Source: Armatimonadota bacterium (GTDB lineage Bacteria; Armatimonadota; Zipacnadia; Zipacnadales; UBA5352). Taken from it: a stretch of 15,524 bases of DNA. The notes beneath the pieces were generated by a model. That model searched no databases and was not told where the DNA came from. It saw only the letters and a list, made by a program, of their open reading frames with translations. Below, piece after piece: positions 1-7,287 of this stretch (the stretch's first letter is position 1; each line of letters opens with the position of its first letter). The position numbers and the translations under genes are program-made. The stretch lies in contig JAYENL010000017.1 in NCBI GenBank assembly GCA_034722055.1, positions 1 to 15,524 of the forward strand, in the 5' to 3' direction.

Positions 1-120
1 GCTCCACGCTTCCTTCAAACGACACCTCGCGATGTCGCCCTTGCGCTTCGCTCACCCTTCGCCTCCATCTGGCTGGGTAGAGGACTTGCACCTCCCGACT
101 GTCGAACATGCCCGGCACAC
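1..120 (-). mobile_element. Group II intron, class IIC, 5' end (domain I); the rest, including any RT ORF, lies left of the window
   Basis: Minus strand from 120 reads GTGTGCCGGGCATG...GGAGGTGCAAGTCCTC...GCGCAAGG-GCGACATC-GCGA-GGTGTCGT-TTGAAGGAAGC. This has the GUGYG 5' splice consensus, a GGUGxAAGUCC motif, CGCAAGG, a GNRA-capped stem and UGAAGGAAGC in the same order as the Oceanobacillus iheyensis IIC intron as I recall it. A hairpin lies in the 5' exon, as expected for IIC targets. Confidence 0.85.
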
Positions 121-131
121 ACGACAACGAC

Positions 132-157
132 GGGCGGGCAAGGAAGCCCGCCCCTCC
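132..157 (-). repeat. REP-like palindrome, family A, copy 1 (intron target hairpin)
   Basis: Perfect 8-bp stem GGGCGGGC(132-139)-AAGGAA-GCCCGCCC(146-153) followed by CTCC. On the minus strand this is GGAG + palindrome, the GTAG/GGAG REP layout. Confidence 0.7.
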
Positions 158-285
158 GTACGACTGACGGCAACCGATGACGACAGCGGTTCGCGGGTCC
201 AAAACGCTCCGATTCGGACGACAACGACCGGCCGCGGGCGTAGCCCTGACCCGGCAAACGATCACGCAACGATGCGGTGTGCCGT

Positions 286-345
286 CCTCCCCCCTCCTCC
301 GGCACGGAGATGGGGAGCGCCCGACGCAGTCGGGCGGGGGTGAGG
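286..345. repeat. Structured palindromic intergenic element
   Basis: CTCCCC...CTCCG-GCA-CGGAG..GGGGAG stem, then a perfect CGCCCGAC(318-325)-GCA-GTCGGGCG(329-336) hairpin, ending GGGGTGAGG. It resembles the common CCCTCACCCC...CTCCC..GGGAG-type bacterial intergenic repeats. Confidence 0.45.
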
Positions 346-372
346 CCCAGCACTGGTGCCATACGAACGACC

Positions 373-398
373 GGGCGGGCAGGGAAGCCCGCCCCTCC
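373..398 (-). repeat. REP-like palindrome, family A, copy 2
   Basis: GGGCGGGC-AGGGAA-GCCCGCCC-CTCC is identical to 132-157 at 25 of 26 positions. The single change is in the loop. Confidence 0.7.
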
Positions 399-466
399 TG
401 ACGACACGACCTGCCGCGCGCCCCGAGCGAGCGGGTGCGGCTGAGCAGCTTCATAACCGCCGCGTG

Positions 467-1024
467 CTACCGGTCAGCGTGCTCAAGCACGTAATCGACG
501 TAAGCGGCGAGGTGCTCGTGCGTGCGCGCCACGTCGATGCGATAGCCCTGGAGGAAGAACGTGGGGGTGCCGTTGACGCCGCTGCGCGCGCCCTCCAGCC
601 GCTGATCGCGGATGTGCTGCTCGATCTCCGCGCTGTGGCGGTCCTCCTCATAGCGCGCCATGTCGAGCTCGAGCTCCTGGCCGAAGCGTGTCAGGTCATC
701 GTCGTCGAAGTCGCCCTCAGCGGCGAAGATCCTTCGATGCATCTGCCAGAACTTGCCCTGGTGGCCGGCGGCCTCGGCCGCCATGGCGCCGGGGAGGGCC
801 ATGTCGTGGTAGCTGACCAGCGGGAAGTGTCGGAAGACCAGCCGCAGGCGGTCGCCGTGCGTCTCCATGAGCTTCTCGACGGCCCTGAAACCCTGAATGC
901 ACGTGGGACACTGGTAGTCGGCGTACTCCACCAGCGTCACCGGCGCGTCCTGGGGCCCGCGGATGTGATCGCCCTCGGTAACATCAGCCTCAAGCTCCAC
1001 GGGCTCGAACTCGATCTCAGGCAT
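467..1024 (-). CDS. DsbA-like thioredoxin-fold oxidoreductase
   Basis: DHIRGPQDAPVTLVEYADYQCPTC (CxxC), LVFRHFPL, AAEAAGHQGKFWQMH and GVNGTPTFF (cis-Pro loop). The start overlaps the upstream stop (ATGCCTGA), suggesting translational coupling. No signal peptide is evident. Confidence 0.92.
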   Translation of the reverse strand: MPEIEFEPVELEADVTEGDHIRGPQDAPVTLVEYADYQCPTCIQGFRAVEKLMETHGDRLRLVFRHFPLVSYHDMALPGAMAAEAAGHQGKFWQMHRRIFAAEGDFDDDDLTRFGQELELDMARYEEDRHSAEIEQHIRDQRLEGARSGVNGTPTFFLQGYRIDVARTHEHLAAYVDYVLEHADR

Positions 1025-1490
1025 CGGCGTTCAGCTCCTCAAGGGCCTCAAGGACGAGGTGGACCCCGGGGCTTTTGTCCATGGGTGACACGTGCTTGAA
1101 CCGGACCACCATGTCGCTGTCGATAACGAACTGGGCGCGCTTGCAGACGCCAGCCTCGTGGTACACGCCATAGGCCTTGGTCACCTCGCCCTTGGGCTCG
1201 AAGTCCGAGCCGAGCGGGAAGCTGATGCCCAGCTCCTCAGCCCACGCCCTTGTGGACCAGAAGTTGTCGGTTGACACGCCGATGACCCCGGCGCCGAGGC
1301 GCTCGATCTCGTCGATGACGGCCTGGATGACGGAGACCTCGTCGCTGCAGGCGGGACTCCATGCCGCCGGGAAGAACGCCAGAGCGACATAGTCGTGGTC
1401 CTGCAGCATCCCGGACAGACTGACGGTCTCCTCCGGCCCAATGGGCAGCTCGAAGTCCGGCGCCCTGTCTCCAACGTCCAGCTCTGGCAT
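1017..1490 (-). CDS. Peroxiredoxin (AhpC/TSA redoxin, AhpE-like)
   Basis: VGDRAPDFEL, FFPAAWSPAC (Pxxx[T/S]xxC peroxidatic motif), FPLGSDFEPKGEVTKAYGVY and RAQFVID with the conserved Arg. GGAGGAG RBS upstream. Confidence 0.92.
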   Translation of the reverse strand: MPELDVGDRAPDFELPIGPEETVSLSGMLQDHDYVALAFFPAAWSPACSDEVSVIQAVIDEIERLGAGVIGVSTDNFWSTRAWAEELGISFPLGSDFEPKGEVTKAYGVYHEAGVCKRAQFVIDSDMVVRFKHVSPMDKSPGVHLVLEALEELNADA

Positions 1491-1533
1491 GACTGCTCTC
1501 CTCCGGTGTGCTGCTGGCTTCGAGTGCCTGGCA

Positions 1534-2625
1534 TCAGCTCACGACGTTCCGGGGCTGGCCGCGCAGGAAGGCCGCGATGTTGGCGCAGGTGGCCTCCAGC
1601 AGGCGCTGCAGCGCCTCACGGGAGTAGAATGCCATGTGCGGCGTCATGGCCACGTCGTCGCGGTTGAGCAGGGCGTAGCGCTGCACGGCGACCGCCAGGT
1701 CCTCGCGGGGCGCGTTGCAGGCAGCGATCTGCGCCTCATCGCCGATGCGCTCCTCGCCCTCGATGACGTCCAGCCCCGCCCCGCCAAGGTGGCCGCTGGA
1801 CAGCGCCTCGAGCAGCGCGTCGGTGTCCACCAGCTCGCCCCGCGCGGTGTTAATCAGCAGCGCCCCCTCCTTCATCTCCGAGAGCGCCTCGCGGTCGATG
1901 AGGTGGCGAGTCGCGGGCAGCAGCGGGACGTGCAGCGAGACGACGTCGGAGCGCCGCAGCAGCTCATCCAGGGGGACATACTCGAACTGCATCACGTCCG
2001 CCAGCAAGGGCTGCTCGTTGACGTCGTAGGCCAGCACGCGCATCCCGACCGCCACGCCGATGCGGATGACACGCAGCCCGATGGCCCCGGCGCCGATGAC
2101 CCCGAGGGTCTTGTCCTTGAGGTCGAAGCCGGACAGCCCCTCGAGGCTGAAGTCATTGCGGCGGGTACGATCGTAGGCCTTCAGGATCTTGCGTGACAGT
2201 GCCAGCATCAGCCCGAAAGTATGTTCGGCCACAGTATGCTCGGCGTAGGCGGGCACGTTGCAGGCCACCACGTCCCGCTCCCTGCAGGCCTCCAGGTCGA
2301 TGTGATCGTAGCCCGTGGACCTGGTGCAGACGAGCTTCAGGTGCGGCATCCGGTCGAGCTGCTCGGCGGTGATCTCCGAGCCGATGAAGACGGAGGCGAT
2401 AGTGATGGCCTCCAGCTCACCGTCCGGCACCTCCTGGACCTTCTTGCGGGTGGCGCGGTAGTGCGGCGCCTGAAGGCCGCACTGGGGCGCGGTCAGCCCG
2501 GCATCGTCCCACGGGCCGGTCTCGAAGAACACGATCACCTCCTCGGCCGCCATGGCCCCGATGGCCTCCTGCTCCTCAGCCCCCTCGGGCGTCCTGGCAT
2601 CCCCAGAAGCGTCTTCCGCTGTCAT
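1534..2625 (-). CDS. NAD-dependent D-2-hydroxyacid dehydrogenase (D-lactate dehydrogenase-like)
   Basis: RSTGYDHID, NVPAY..VAEH, Rossmann GVIGAGAIG followed by YD (NAD-type), INTARG, GLDVIEGE and TPHMAF catalytic motifs. Start placed at ATG 2625 (GGAGGT 6 nt upstream). ATG 2553 is an alternative. Confidence 0.9.
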   Translation of the reverse strand: MTAEDASGDARTPEGAEEQEAIGAMAAEEVIVFFETGPWDDAGLTAPQCGLQAPHYRATRKKVQEVPDGELEAITIASVFIGSEITAEQLDRMPHLKLVCTRSTGYDHIDLEACRERDVVACNVPAYAEHTVAEHTFGLMLALSRKILKAYDRTRRNDFSLEGLSGFDLKDKTLGVIGAGAIGLRVIRIGVAVGMRVLAYDVNEQPLLADVMQFEYVPLDELLRRSDVVSLHVPLLPATRHLIDREALSEMKEGALLINTARGELVDTDALLEALSSGHLGGAGLDVIEGEERIGDEAQIAACNAPREDLAVAVQRYALLNRDDVAMTPHMAFYSREALQRLLEATCANIAAFLRGQPRNVVS

Positions 2626-2715
2626 CGCCATACCTCCCATCGCGACGGCACCTTGCATCCTCCACCTCCCCACCTCGCTCTCGCTCGCCCTGCGCCATCG
2701 GGACCTCCACAGGGA

Positions 2716-2745
2716 CGGCTCACGCCACATGTGCGGCGTGAGCCG
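2716..2745. other. Intergenic inverted repeat (11-bp stem)
   Basis: CGGCTCACGCC-ACATGTGC-GGCGTGAGCCG lies about 20 nt after the thioredoxin stop. It has no U-tract. Confidence 0.5.
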
Positions 2746-2765
2746 GGGATTCGTCTCGCGGGGGA

Positions 2766-3098
2766 TCAGTCGGCGAGGTTCTCCTGGAGCCATTCGTTGA
2801 GCTCCTCGGCCCGCTTGGCGCCAACAGTGCGGGCCACCTCCTCGCCGCCCTTGAGCAGCACCAGCGTGGGGGTGGCCCGCACGCTGTACTCCTCGAATAG
2901 CTCCTTGTTGTCCGGGTAGGAAACCTTCGCAAACCGCACCTCGCCGTCTCTCTCGGCGGCGAGTTGGTCGAAATGCGGGTTCAGTGCCAGACAGTGGCCG
3001 CAGGTCGGGGACCAGAAGTCAACCAGCACGGGCGTCTCGTCGAACTGAAGGACGTCGGTCTGGAAGTCAGCACCATCGACATCCATGGGCTTCGCCAT
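2766..3098 (-). CDS. Thioredoxin family protein
   Basis: 110 aa with PVLVDFWSPTCGHC, VRFAKV and YSVRATPTLVLLKGGEEVARTVGA. Confidence 0.92.
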   Translation of the reverse strand: MAKPMDVDGADFQTDVLQFDETPVLVDFWSPTCGHCLALNPHFDQLAAERDGEVRFAKVSYPDNKELFEEYSVRATPTLVLLKGGEEVARTVGAKRAEELNEWLQENLAD

Positions 3099-3142
3099 TC
3101 CATCCTCACCTGTCCTCTCCAGATTGCTCCACCACGATGTCC

Positions 3143-3171
3143 ATACTATCTCACAACTTCGCCGCGGTCAA
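3143..3171 (-). promoter_or_regulatory. sigma70-type promoter of the thioredoxin operon
   Basis: Minus strand TTGACC (3171-3166), 17 nt, TAGTAT (3148-3143), about 45 nt upstream of the thioredoxin ATG. Confidence 0.7.
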
Positions 3172-3279
3172 GCAGGCTGCTGCCCGAGGCCGAGAGAGGG
3201 CGCGGCGGCAGCAGGTAATCGACGGCCGGGAGCGGAAGTCTCGGTCCGCCCCAATCCACATCGCCCGGGAGCATGGGAC

Positions 3280-4329
3280 ATGGCCGCACACGATCGCCGA
3301 GGTCGGCTCCGGCCCCAAGCCCGCCGCCTGTGGGACACGCTGCAGGGCGAGCTGCCCGATCGCGTGCCCCGCCAGGAGCTGTTCTTTCACAACCCCGCCA
3401 TCGAGACGCACGTCATCGGCCAGCCCATCGACCGGGTCTTTGAGAGGAGTCTGGACTTCGCCAGGCAGATCGGGTGGGGCTCGGCGCGAGCGACCTCGTG
3501 GGGCACGCGTATCGGGGCCCGCAATGAGGTCGCATCCGATGGCACCTCACACTACGCCGGTGGCTCGGCGGTGACGCGCGAGGACCTGGACGAGCTCGGG
3601 CAGGGCGATCCGGCGCAGATCGCGGACCAGCACGCCCACCACGCGGAGATGATACACGCGGAGGGGCTGCTCTCGCACATCTTCATGCTGCACTGCTTCC
3701 ACTCCGCGGCGACGGGCATGGGCATGGAGCGGCTGTGTCTGATGGTGTACGACCAGCCGGACCTGCTGAGAGAGTACATGCAGCGGGTGGAGGCCTACAA
3801 CCGGCGCGTGCTGCGGGCGGTGCTGGACACGGGCGTGGCGCCGGACATCGCCATCTTCGACGCCGACTGCGCCTTCAAGACCGCGCTGATGGTCAGCCCC
3901 GCGGCCTACCGGGAGCTGATCTTCGAGCCAACCAAGGCCACCTGCGATATGCTGCGGGACGCGGGCATCACCATCATGATGCACACCGACGGGAAGATCG
4001 ACGACGTCTACCCGGTGTGGCTGGAGATGGGGATGGTGGGGGCCCACGGCGTGGAGAAGCAGGCCAACGACCTTGCGGAGACCAAGCGCCGCTTCGGGGA
4101 TCGGATGACCCTCTTCGGCAACTTCGACCCCGTGGTGCTGGCGACCGAGACGCCGGAGCGAATCCGCGACATGGCGCGGGAGATGGTTCAGGTCGGCAAG
4201 CCCGGCGGTCGATACGTGGCGGCGGTGAACACCATCGTGGGCGAGAACGTGCCGGTGGCGAACTACCTGGCGTTCATCGACGGCGTCGAGGAGGCCGCGG
4301 CCAATGATACCGCGACGGGACCCTCGTGA
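3280..4329 (+). CDS. Uroporphyrinogen decarboxylase / MtaA-CmuA methyltransferase superfamily protein
   Basis: GELPDRVP at the N-terminus, GMERLCLMVYDQPDL, D.AFKTALMVSP..YRELI, MHTDGKI, LFGNFDP and GGRYV..VPVANY. Start at ATG 3280 with GGGAG 8 nt upstream. Substrate unknown; it is probably not true HemE. Confidence 0.85.
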   Translation: MAAHDRRGRLRPQARRLWDTLQGELPDRVPRQELFFHNPAIETHVIGQPIDRVFERSLDFARQIGWGSARATSWGTRIGARNEVASDGTSHYAGGSAVTREDLDELGQGDPAQIADQHAHHAEMIHAEGLLSHIFMLHCFHSAATGMGMERLCLMVYDQPDLLREYMQRVEAYNRRVLRAVLDTGVAPDIAIFDADCAFKTALMVSPAAYRELIFEPTKATCDMLRDAGITIMMHTDGKIDDVYPVWLEMGMVGAHGVEKQANDLAETKRRFGDRMTLFGNFDPVVLATETPERIRDMAREMVQVGKPGGRYVAAVNTIVGENVPVANYLAFIDGVEEAAANDTATGPS

Positions 4330-4516
4330 TATCGGCCCAGCTCGACCCGACCCAGTAGGCAAGCGCGCCGATGGGACCGGTCAGGAGGATGAAGAGGAAC
4401 CAGAGCCACCTGTGGCGCATGGCGGCCCGGACCAGCGCGAACACGTACATTACCAACGCGGCTGGTGCCAGCACGCACCGCACACACATGGTCAGCAGCG
4501 AGAGCGCGGTCTCCAC
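4274..4516 (-). CDS. Small two-helix membrane protein (PLDc_N-like)
   Basis: Two hydrophobic segments, the second WLWFLFILLTGPIGALAYW resembling the W..ILL.P.IG.LAY pattern of PLD N-terminal-like small proteins. GTG 4516 has GGGGGA 8 nt upstream. The tail overlaps the convergent gene by 56 nt. Confidence 0.5.
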   Translation of the reverse strand: METALSLLTMCVRCVLAPAALVMYVFALVRAAMRHRWLWFLFILLTGPIGALAYWVGSSWADITRVPSRYHWPRPPRRRR

Positions 4517-4685
4517 GGCATATGTCCCCCAGGAGCATCGGATGGCCACCTCTGCGGGCCACGCCAAGCGTGCCCTTCGCGGCTGACGCCCCTGCGGCCT
4601 TCACGAGAGTCTTCAATGGCGCCCGCATGAACCTGTCAACGGAACCGCACACTATCACGTTCGTCCGACAGGCGGCGCAAATCTG

Positions 4686-4715
4686 TTGCATTGACGCAGG
4701 ATTTAGTGTACACTA
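4686..4715 (+). promoter_or_regulatory. Putative sigma70 promoter with an overlapping 12-bp palindrome, upstream of the barrel/ketosynthase/kinase operon
   Basis: TTGCAT (4686-4691), 17 nt, TACACT (4709-4714), in a locally AT-rich patch. The perfect palindrome TAGTGTACACTA (4704-4715) covers the -10. Confidence 0.5.
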
Positions 4716-4905
4716 CTGCATGGTGCACGGTCAGCGTTGCGAGGCGTGGCAGGCGCCGAGCGGGGGGGTTGGTTGTGTACCCACAACTTGACGTTTCTTC
4801 GCGCCTGGTATGCGGTACCCGCGGGAGCCGAGTGCCCGCATGTGAGTGCGCGAAGCACAATGCGCCGCAGTGGCAGCAGCGATTGAAGTCCTGGGAGGCA
4901 CCACT

Positions 4906-5985
4906 ATGAGACTGCAGCGGCCAGCAGGATTGTACCGGGTCGTGCGCGCGGGTCGGTACGAGGAGGGTTGTCCACGTCGGTTACGCCCCGCCCCAGCAGC
5001 GCTTCTGCTCCTGGCAGCGACGCTCGTGGCTCTCCACGTGGCACCCGGATATACCCAAGGACCCGAGGGATACGGAGTGCCGCACCTCTTCGCGCTTCCA
5101 ACGGCGACCACCGCCCGGCAGTTCGGGATGGGGGGCATCTCCACATGCGTGGAGGATGTCGGCTTCCCCAATCCAGCATTCGCCGGCATGCTGGAGGGCC
5201 GGAAGGCAGGCATTCGCCTGTGGCAGACCGACTTCGATGGCGGGGTGGAGGCCACCGGCTGGCAGGGCTGGTACGCCACGACTATCGGAGAGGGCGAGGG
5301 CGTGCAGGTGCTGGGTGTGGACCTGGACTCCCACCGCGGATCGGTGACGGTCGGCCCCGGCCAGGCTCTGCCGGGCTCGATTCATGAGACTGACGCGGCG
5401 TTCCACTACGGTCGCCGGCTCTCAGAGCGGTGGCTGGTGGGCGGCGGCGCCAGCCCAGTGCTTCACACCACATTCAACCTCTACAGCCCGGCTGACGGGG
5501 GCGTCATGGTGCACAGCGACAGTACCGCCACCTTCGGCTTCCGCATCGGGGCCCTCTACGAGTGGGGGGAGAACGCCCTGGCGGGCTTCGTCTACGATCG
5601 CTACACTGAGGACGTGGCCTTCAGATCCCCGGAGATGCCACAGACTGCGCTGCTGGACTTCACGTCAACGGAGTGGGCGGTGGGCGTGTCGGCGCCGCTG
5701 TCCGAGCGCGTGCTCGGAGCGGCGGAGTGGATGGAGCTGAAATCCGAGAGCGGCGAGATGGAGAGCAAGGCTGAGGGCCTGCACCTGGGGATCGAGGTGG
5801 CCACGACTCCACAGCTCGACCTGCGACTGGGGAGCAATGACGGCACACTGTCGCTGGGCGCGGGGTACGAGGTGGACGGCTGGGTCGTCAACTACGCCTA
5901 TCTCGACGACTGGAATGAGGACGCCGCCGGCGCGGCACTCGGCGGCTCTGAGACGCATCAGCTTGAGGTCGCACATGTATGGTAA
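4906..5985 (+). CDS. Outer-membrane beta-barrel protein, PorV/FadL-like
   Basis: ATG 4906 with GGGAGG 7 nt upstream. It has a basic then hydrophobic signal-like segment (AALLLLAATLVALHVA), an N-terminal ARQFGMGG...NPA motif typical of FadL/PorV plug regions, and amphipathic strands (FGFRIGALYEW, LHLGIEV, LSLGAGYEV, VNYAY). The C-terminus THQLEVAHVW ends in an aromatic residue (BAM-type signal). Confidence 0.72.
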   Translation: MRLQRPAGLYRVVRAGRYEEGCPRRLRPAPAALLLLAATLVALHVAPGYTQGPEGYGVPHLFALPTATTARQFGMGGISTCVEDVGFPNPAFAGMLEGRKAGIRLWQTDFDGGVEATGWQGWYATTIGEGEGVQVLGVDLDSHRGSVTVGPGQALPGSIHETDAAFHYGRRLSERWLVGGGASPVLHTTFNLYSPADGGVMVHSDSTATFGFRIGALYEWGENALAGFVYDRYTEDVAFRSPEMPQTALLDFTSTEWAVGVSAPLSERVLGAAEWMELKSESGEMESKAEGLHLGIEVATTPQLDLRLGSNDGTLSLGAGYEVDGWVVNYAYLDDWNEDAAGAALGGSETHQLEVAHVW

Positions 5986-6009
5986 TGGAGGGAACCGCCG
6001 AGCGTAGCC

Positions 6010-7287
6010 ATGGCTCCGCTGAGGCCGAGTCTGCACAACAGGATCGTCATCACCGGACTGGGCGTGATCTCGTCCTCGGGCATCGGCCGAGAGGCCTTCT
6101 GGGAGGCGGTTCGAGACGGCCGGTCCGGGATCAGCTACGTCTCCCGGTTCGACGCCTCCGGGCTCTACTGCCGCATCGCGGGCGAGATCAGCGACGAGGA
6201 CTTCGATCCAACCGATTACATGCACAGGTCTGAGGCCAAGCGCTGCGGTCGCTTCGTGCATTACGCCGTGGCGGCGGCAGAGCACGCCGTCAGGGACGCT
6301 GAGATCGATCTCGGCAGCGTCGATGCCTTCCGGAAGGGAGCCGCCTGCGGCACGAGCGTGGCGGGCAGCGGGAACATCACGGACGAGATCTACAGGACCT
6401 ACTTCGAGCAGGGCCCGGAGGCCTGCGGGCTGCTGGATCACCTGGAGCTGGCGCCGCACGCGGCCACATCCCGGCTGATGATACGCTACAGCATGAAGGG
6501 CCCCAGCTCATCGCTGGGCACGGGGTGCTGCTCCGGCCTGGAGGCCATCAGCTACGGGGCCAACGTGCTGCGCCAGGGCGCGGCGAACGTGATGCTCGTC
6601 GGCGGCAGCGAGTCGGTGCTGAGCGAGTTTGGAATGTCGCTGCTGAGCCTGATCGACATCATGACCCACCGCAACGAGGAGCCGGAAAAGGCCTCCCGAC
6701 CCTACGACGCGACGCGCGATGGGATCGTGGTCTCTGAGGGCGCTGGGGTGCTGGTGTTGGAGACGGCGGCACACGCCATGGACCGCGGGGCACACATCTA
6801 CGCGGAGGTCGTGGGTCACGGGTGCGCCAACGAGGGCCAGCATCTTGCCAAGGCCGATCCCAGCGGCGAGGAGCTGGCCTCCGCCTTCCGACAGGCGTTG
6901 ATGGAGGCCCGGCTGTCGCCGGACGATATCGACTACGTGTGCGCCCACGGCATCGGCAATCCGGAGTATGACGCCGCGGACATGCGGGCGATCAAGCTGG
7001 TGTTGGGCGACCGCGCCTACAACATCCCTGTCAGCTCCATAAAGGGGGCGACGGGGCAGCCGTTCGCGGCCGGAGGGCCGTGGCAGACCGTCGCGGCCTG
7101 CATGACGCTGGAGACGGGCATTGTGCCGCCAACCATCAACTACGAGCACCCGGACCCCGAGTGCGATCTCGACTGCGTGCCCAACCGGGCGCGGACGGCT
7201 CGGGTTGACACCGCCATGATTAACTCGCACAGCTTCGGGGGGACGCATTCAGCGCTGATCGTCCGCCGCTTCGATCCGGCCGCCTGA
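6010..7287 (+). CDS. Beta-ketoacyl-ACP synthase II (FabF)-like ketosynthase with atypical active site
   Basis: RIVITGLGVIS, GTGCCSG (Cys173), GGSE, SRPYDATRDG..SEGAG, DYVCAHG (His313), SSIKGATGQ (Lys345, Gln350), IVPPTIN and NSHSFGG. Residue spacing matches E. coli FabF C163/H303/K335/H340 with a constant +10 offset. Confidence 0.92.
   Translation: MAPLRPSLHNRIVITGLGVISSSGIGREAFWEAVRDGRSGISYVSRFDASGLYCRIAGEISDEDFDPTDYMHRSEAKRCGRFVHYAVAAAEHAVRDAEIDLGSVDAFRKGAACGTSVAGSGNITDEIYRTYFEQGPEACGLLDHLELAPHAATSRLMIRYSMKGPSSSLGTGCCSGLEAISYGANVLRQGAANVMLVGGSESVLSEFGMSLLSLIDIMTHRNEEPEKASRPYDATRDGIVVSEGAGVLVLETAAHAMDRGAHIYAEVVGHGCANEGQHLAKADPSGEELASAFRQALMEARLSPDDIDYVCAHGIGNPEYDAADMRAIKLVLGDRAYNIPVSSIKGATGQPFAAGGPWQTVAACMTLETGIVPPTINYEHPDPECDLDCVPNRARTARVDTAMINSHSFGGTHSALIVRRFDPAA

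Noticed and set aside
121..250. Integron attC site as the intron target (IIC-attC type)
   Set aside because: The exon ends TCGT rather than TTGT, I see no RYYYAAC...GTTRRRY pair bounding the hairpin, and there is no cassette-like gene organisation.
15..407. ORFs 15-407, 32-343 and 177-401
   Set aside because: They run through intron RNA and palindromic repeats, with Arg/Pro/Gly-rich translations and no domain signal.
121..410. Possible CRISPR array from the repeated hairpins (also 15344-15518)
   Set aside because: Only two copies per family, spacing far from a CRISPR repeat-spacer period, divergent copies at the right end, and no cas genes.
467..3098. Selenocysteine recoding in the thioredoxin-fold proteins
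   Set aside because: All active-site positions are Cys codons in uninterrupted ORFs; there is no in-frame TGA.
4747..4761. sigma54 promoter (TGGCAG-N5-GAGC) and a PEP-CTERM PrsK/PrsR-type interpretation of the kinase
   Set aside because: It lacks the TTGC -12 element, GG-N10-GC is common at this GC content, and there is no sigma54 activator, exosortase or PEP-CTERM gene in the window.
5979..6233. ORF starting at the TAATG overlap after the barrel gene
   Set aside because: It is out of frame with and overlaps the well-supported ketosynthase, and the translation has no recognisable features.
6010..7287. Type II PKS chain-length factor or housekeeping fabF
   Set aside because: The catalytic Cys is retained (CLFs typically replace it), there is no partner KS or ACP, and the altered His and Thr motifs argue against assigning the fabF symbol.
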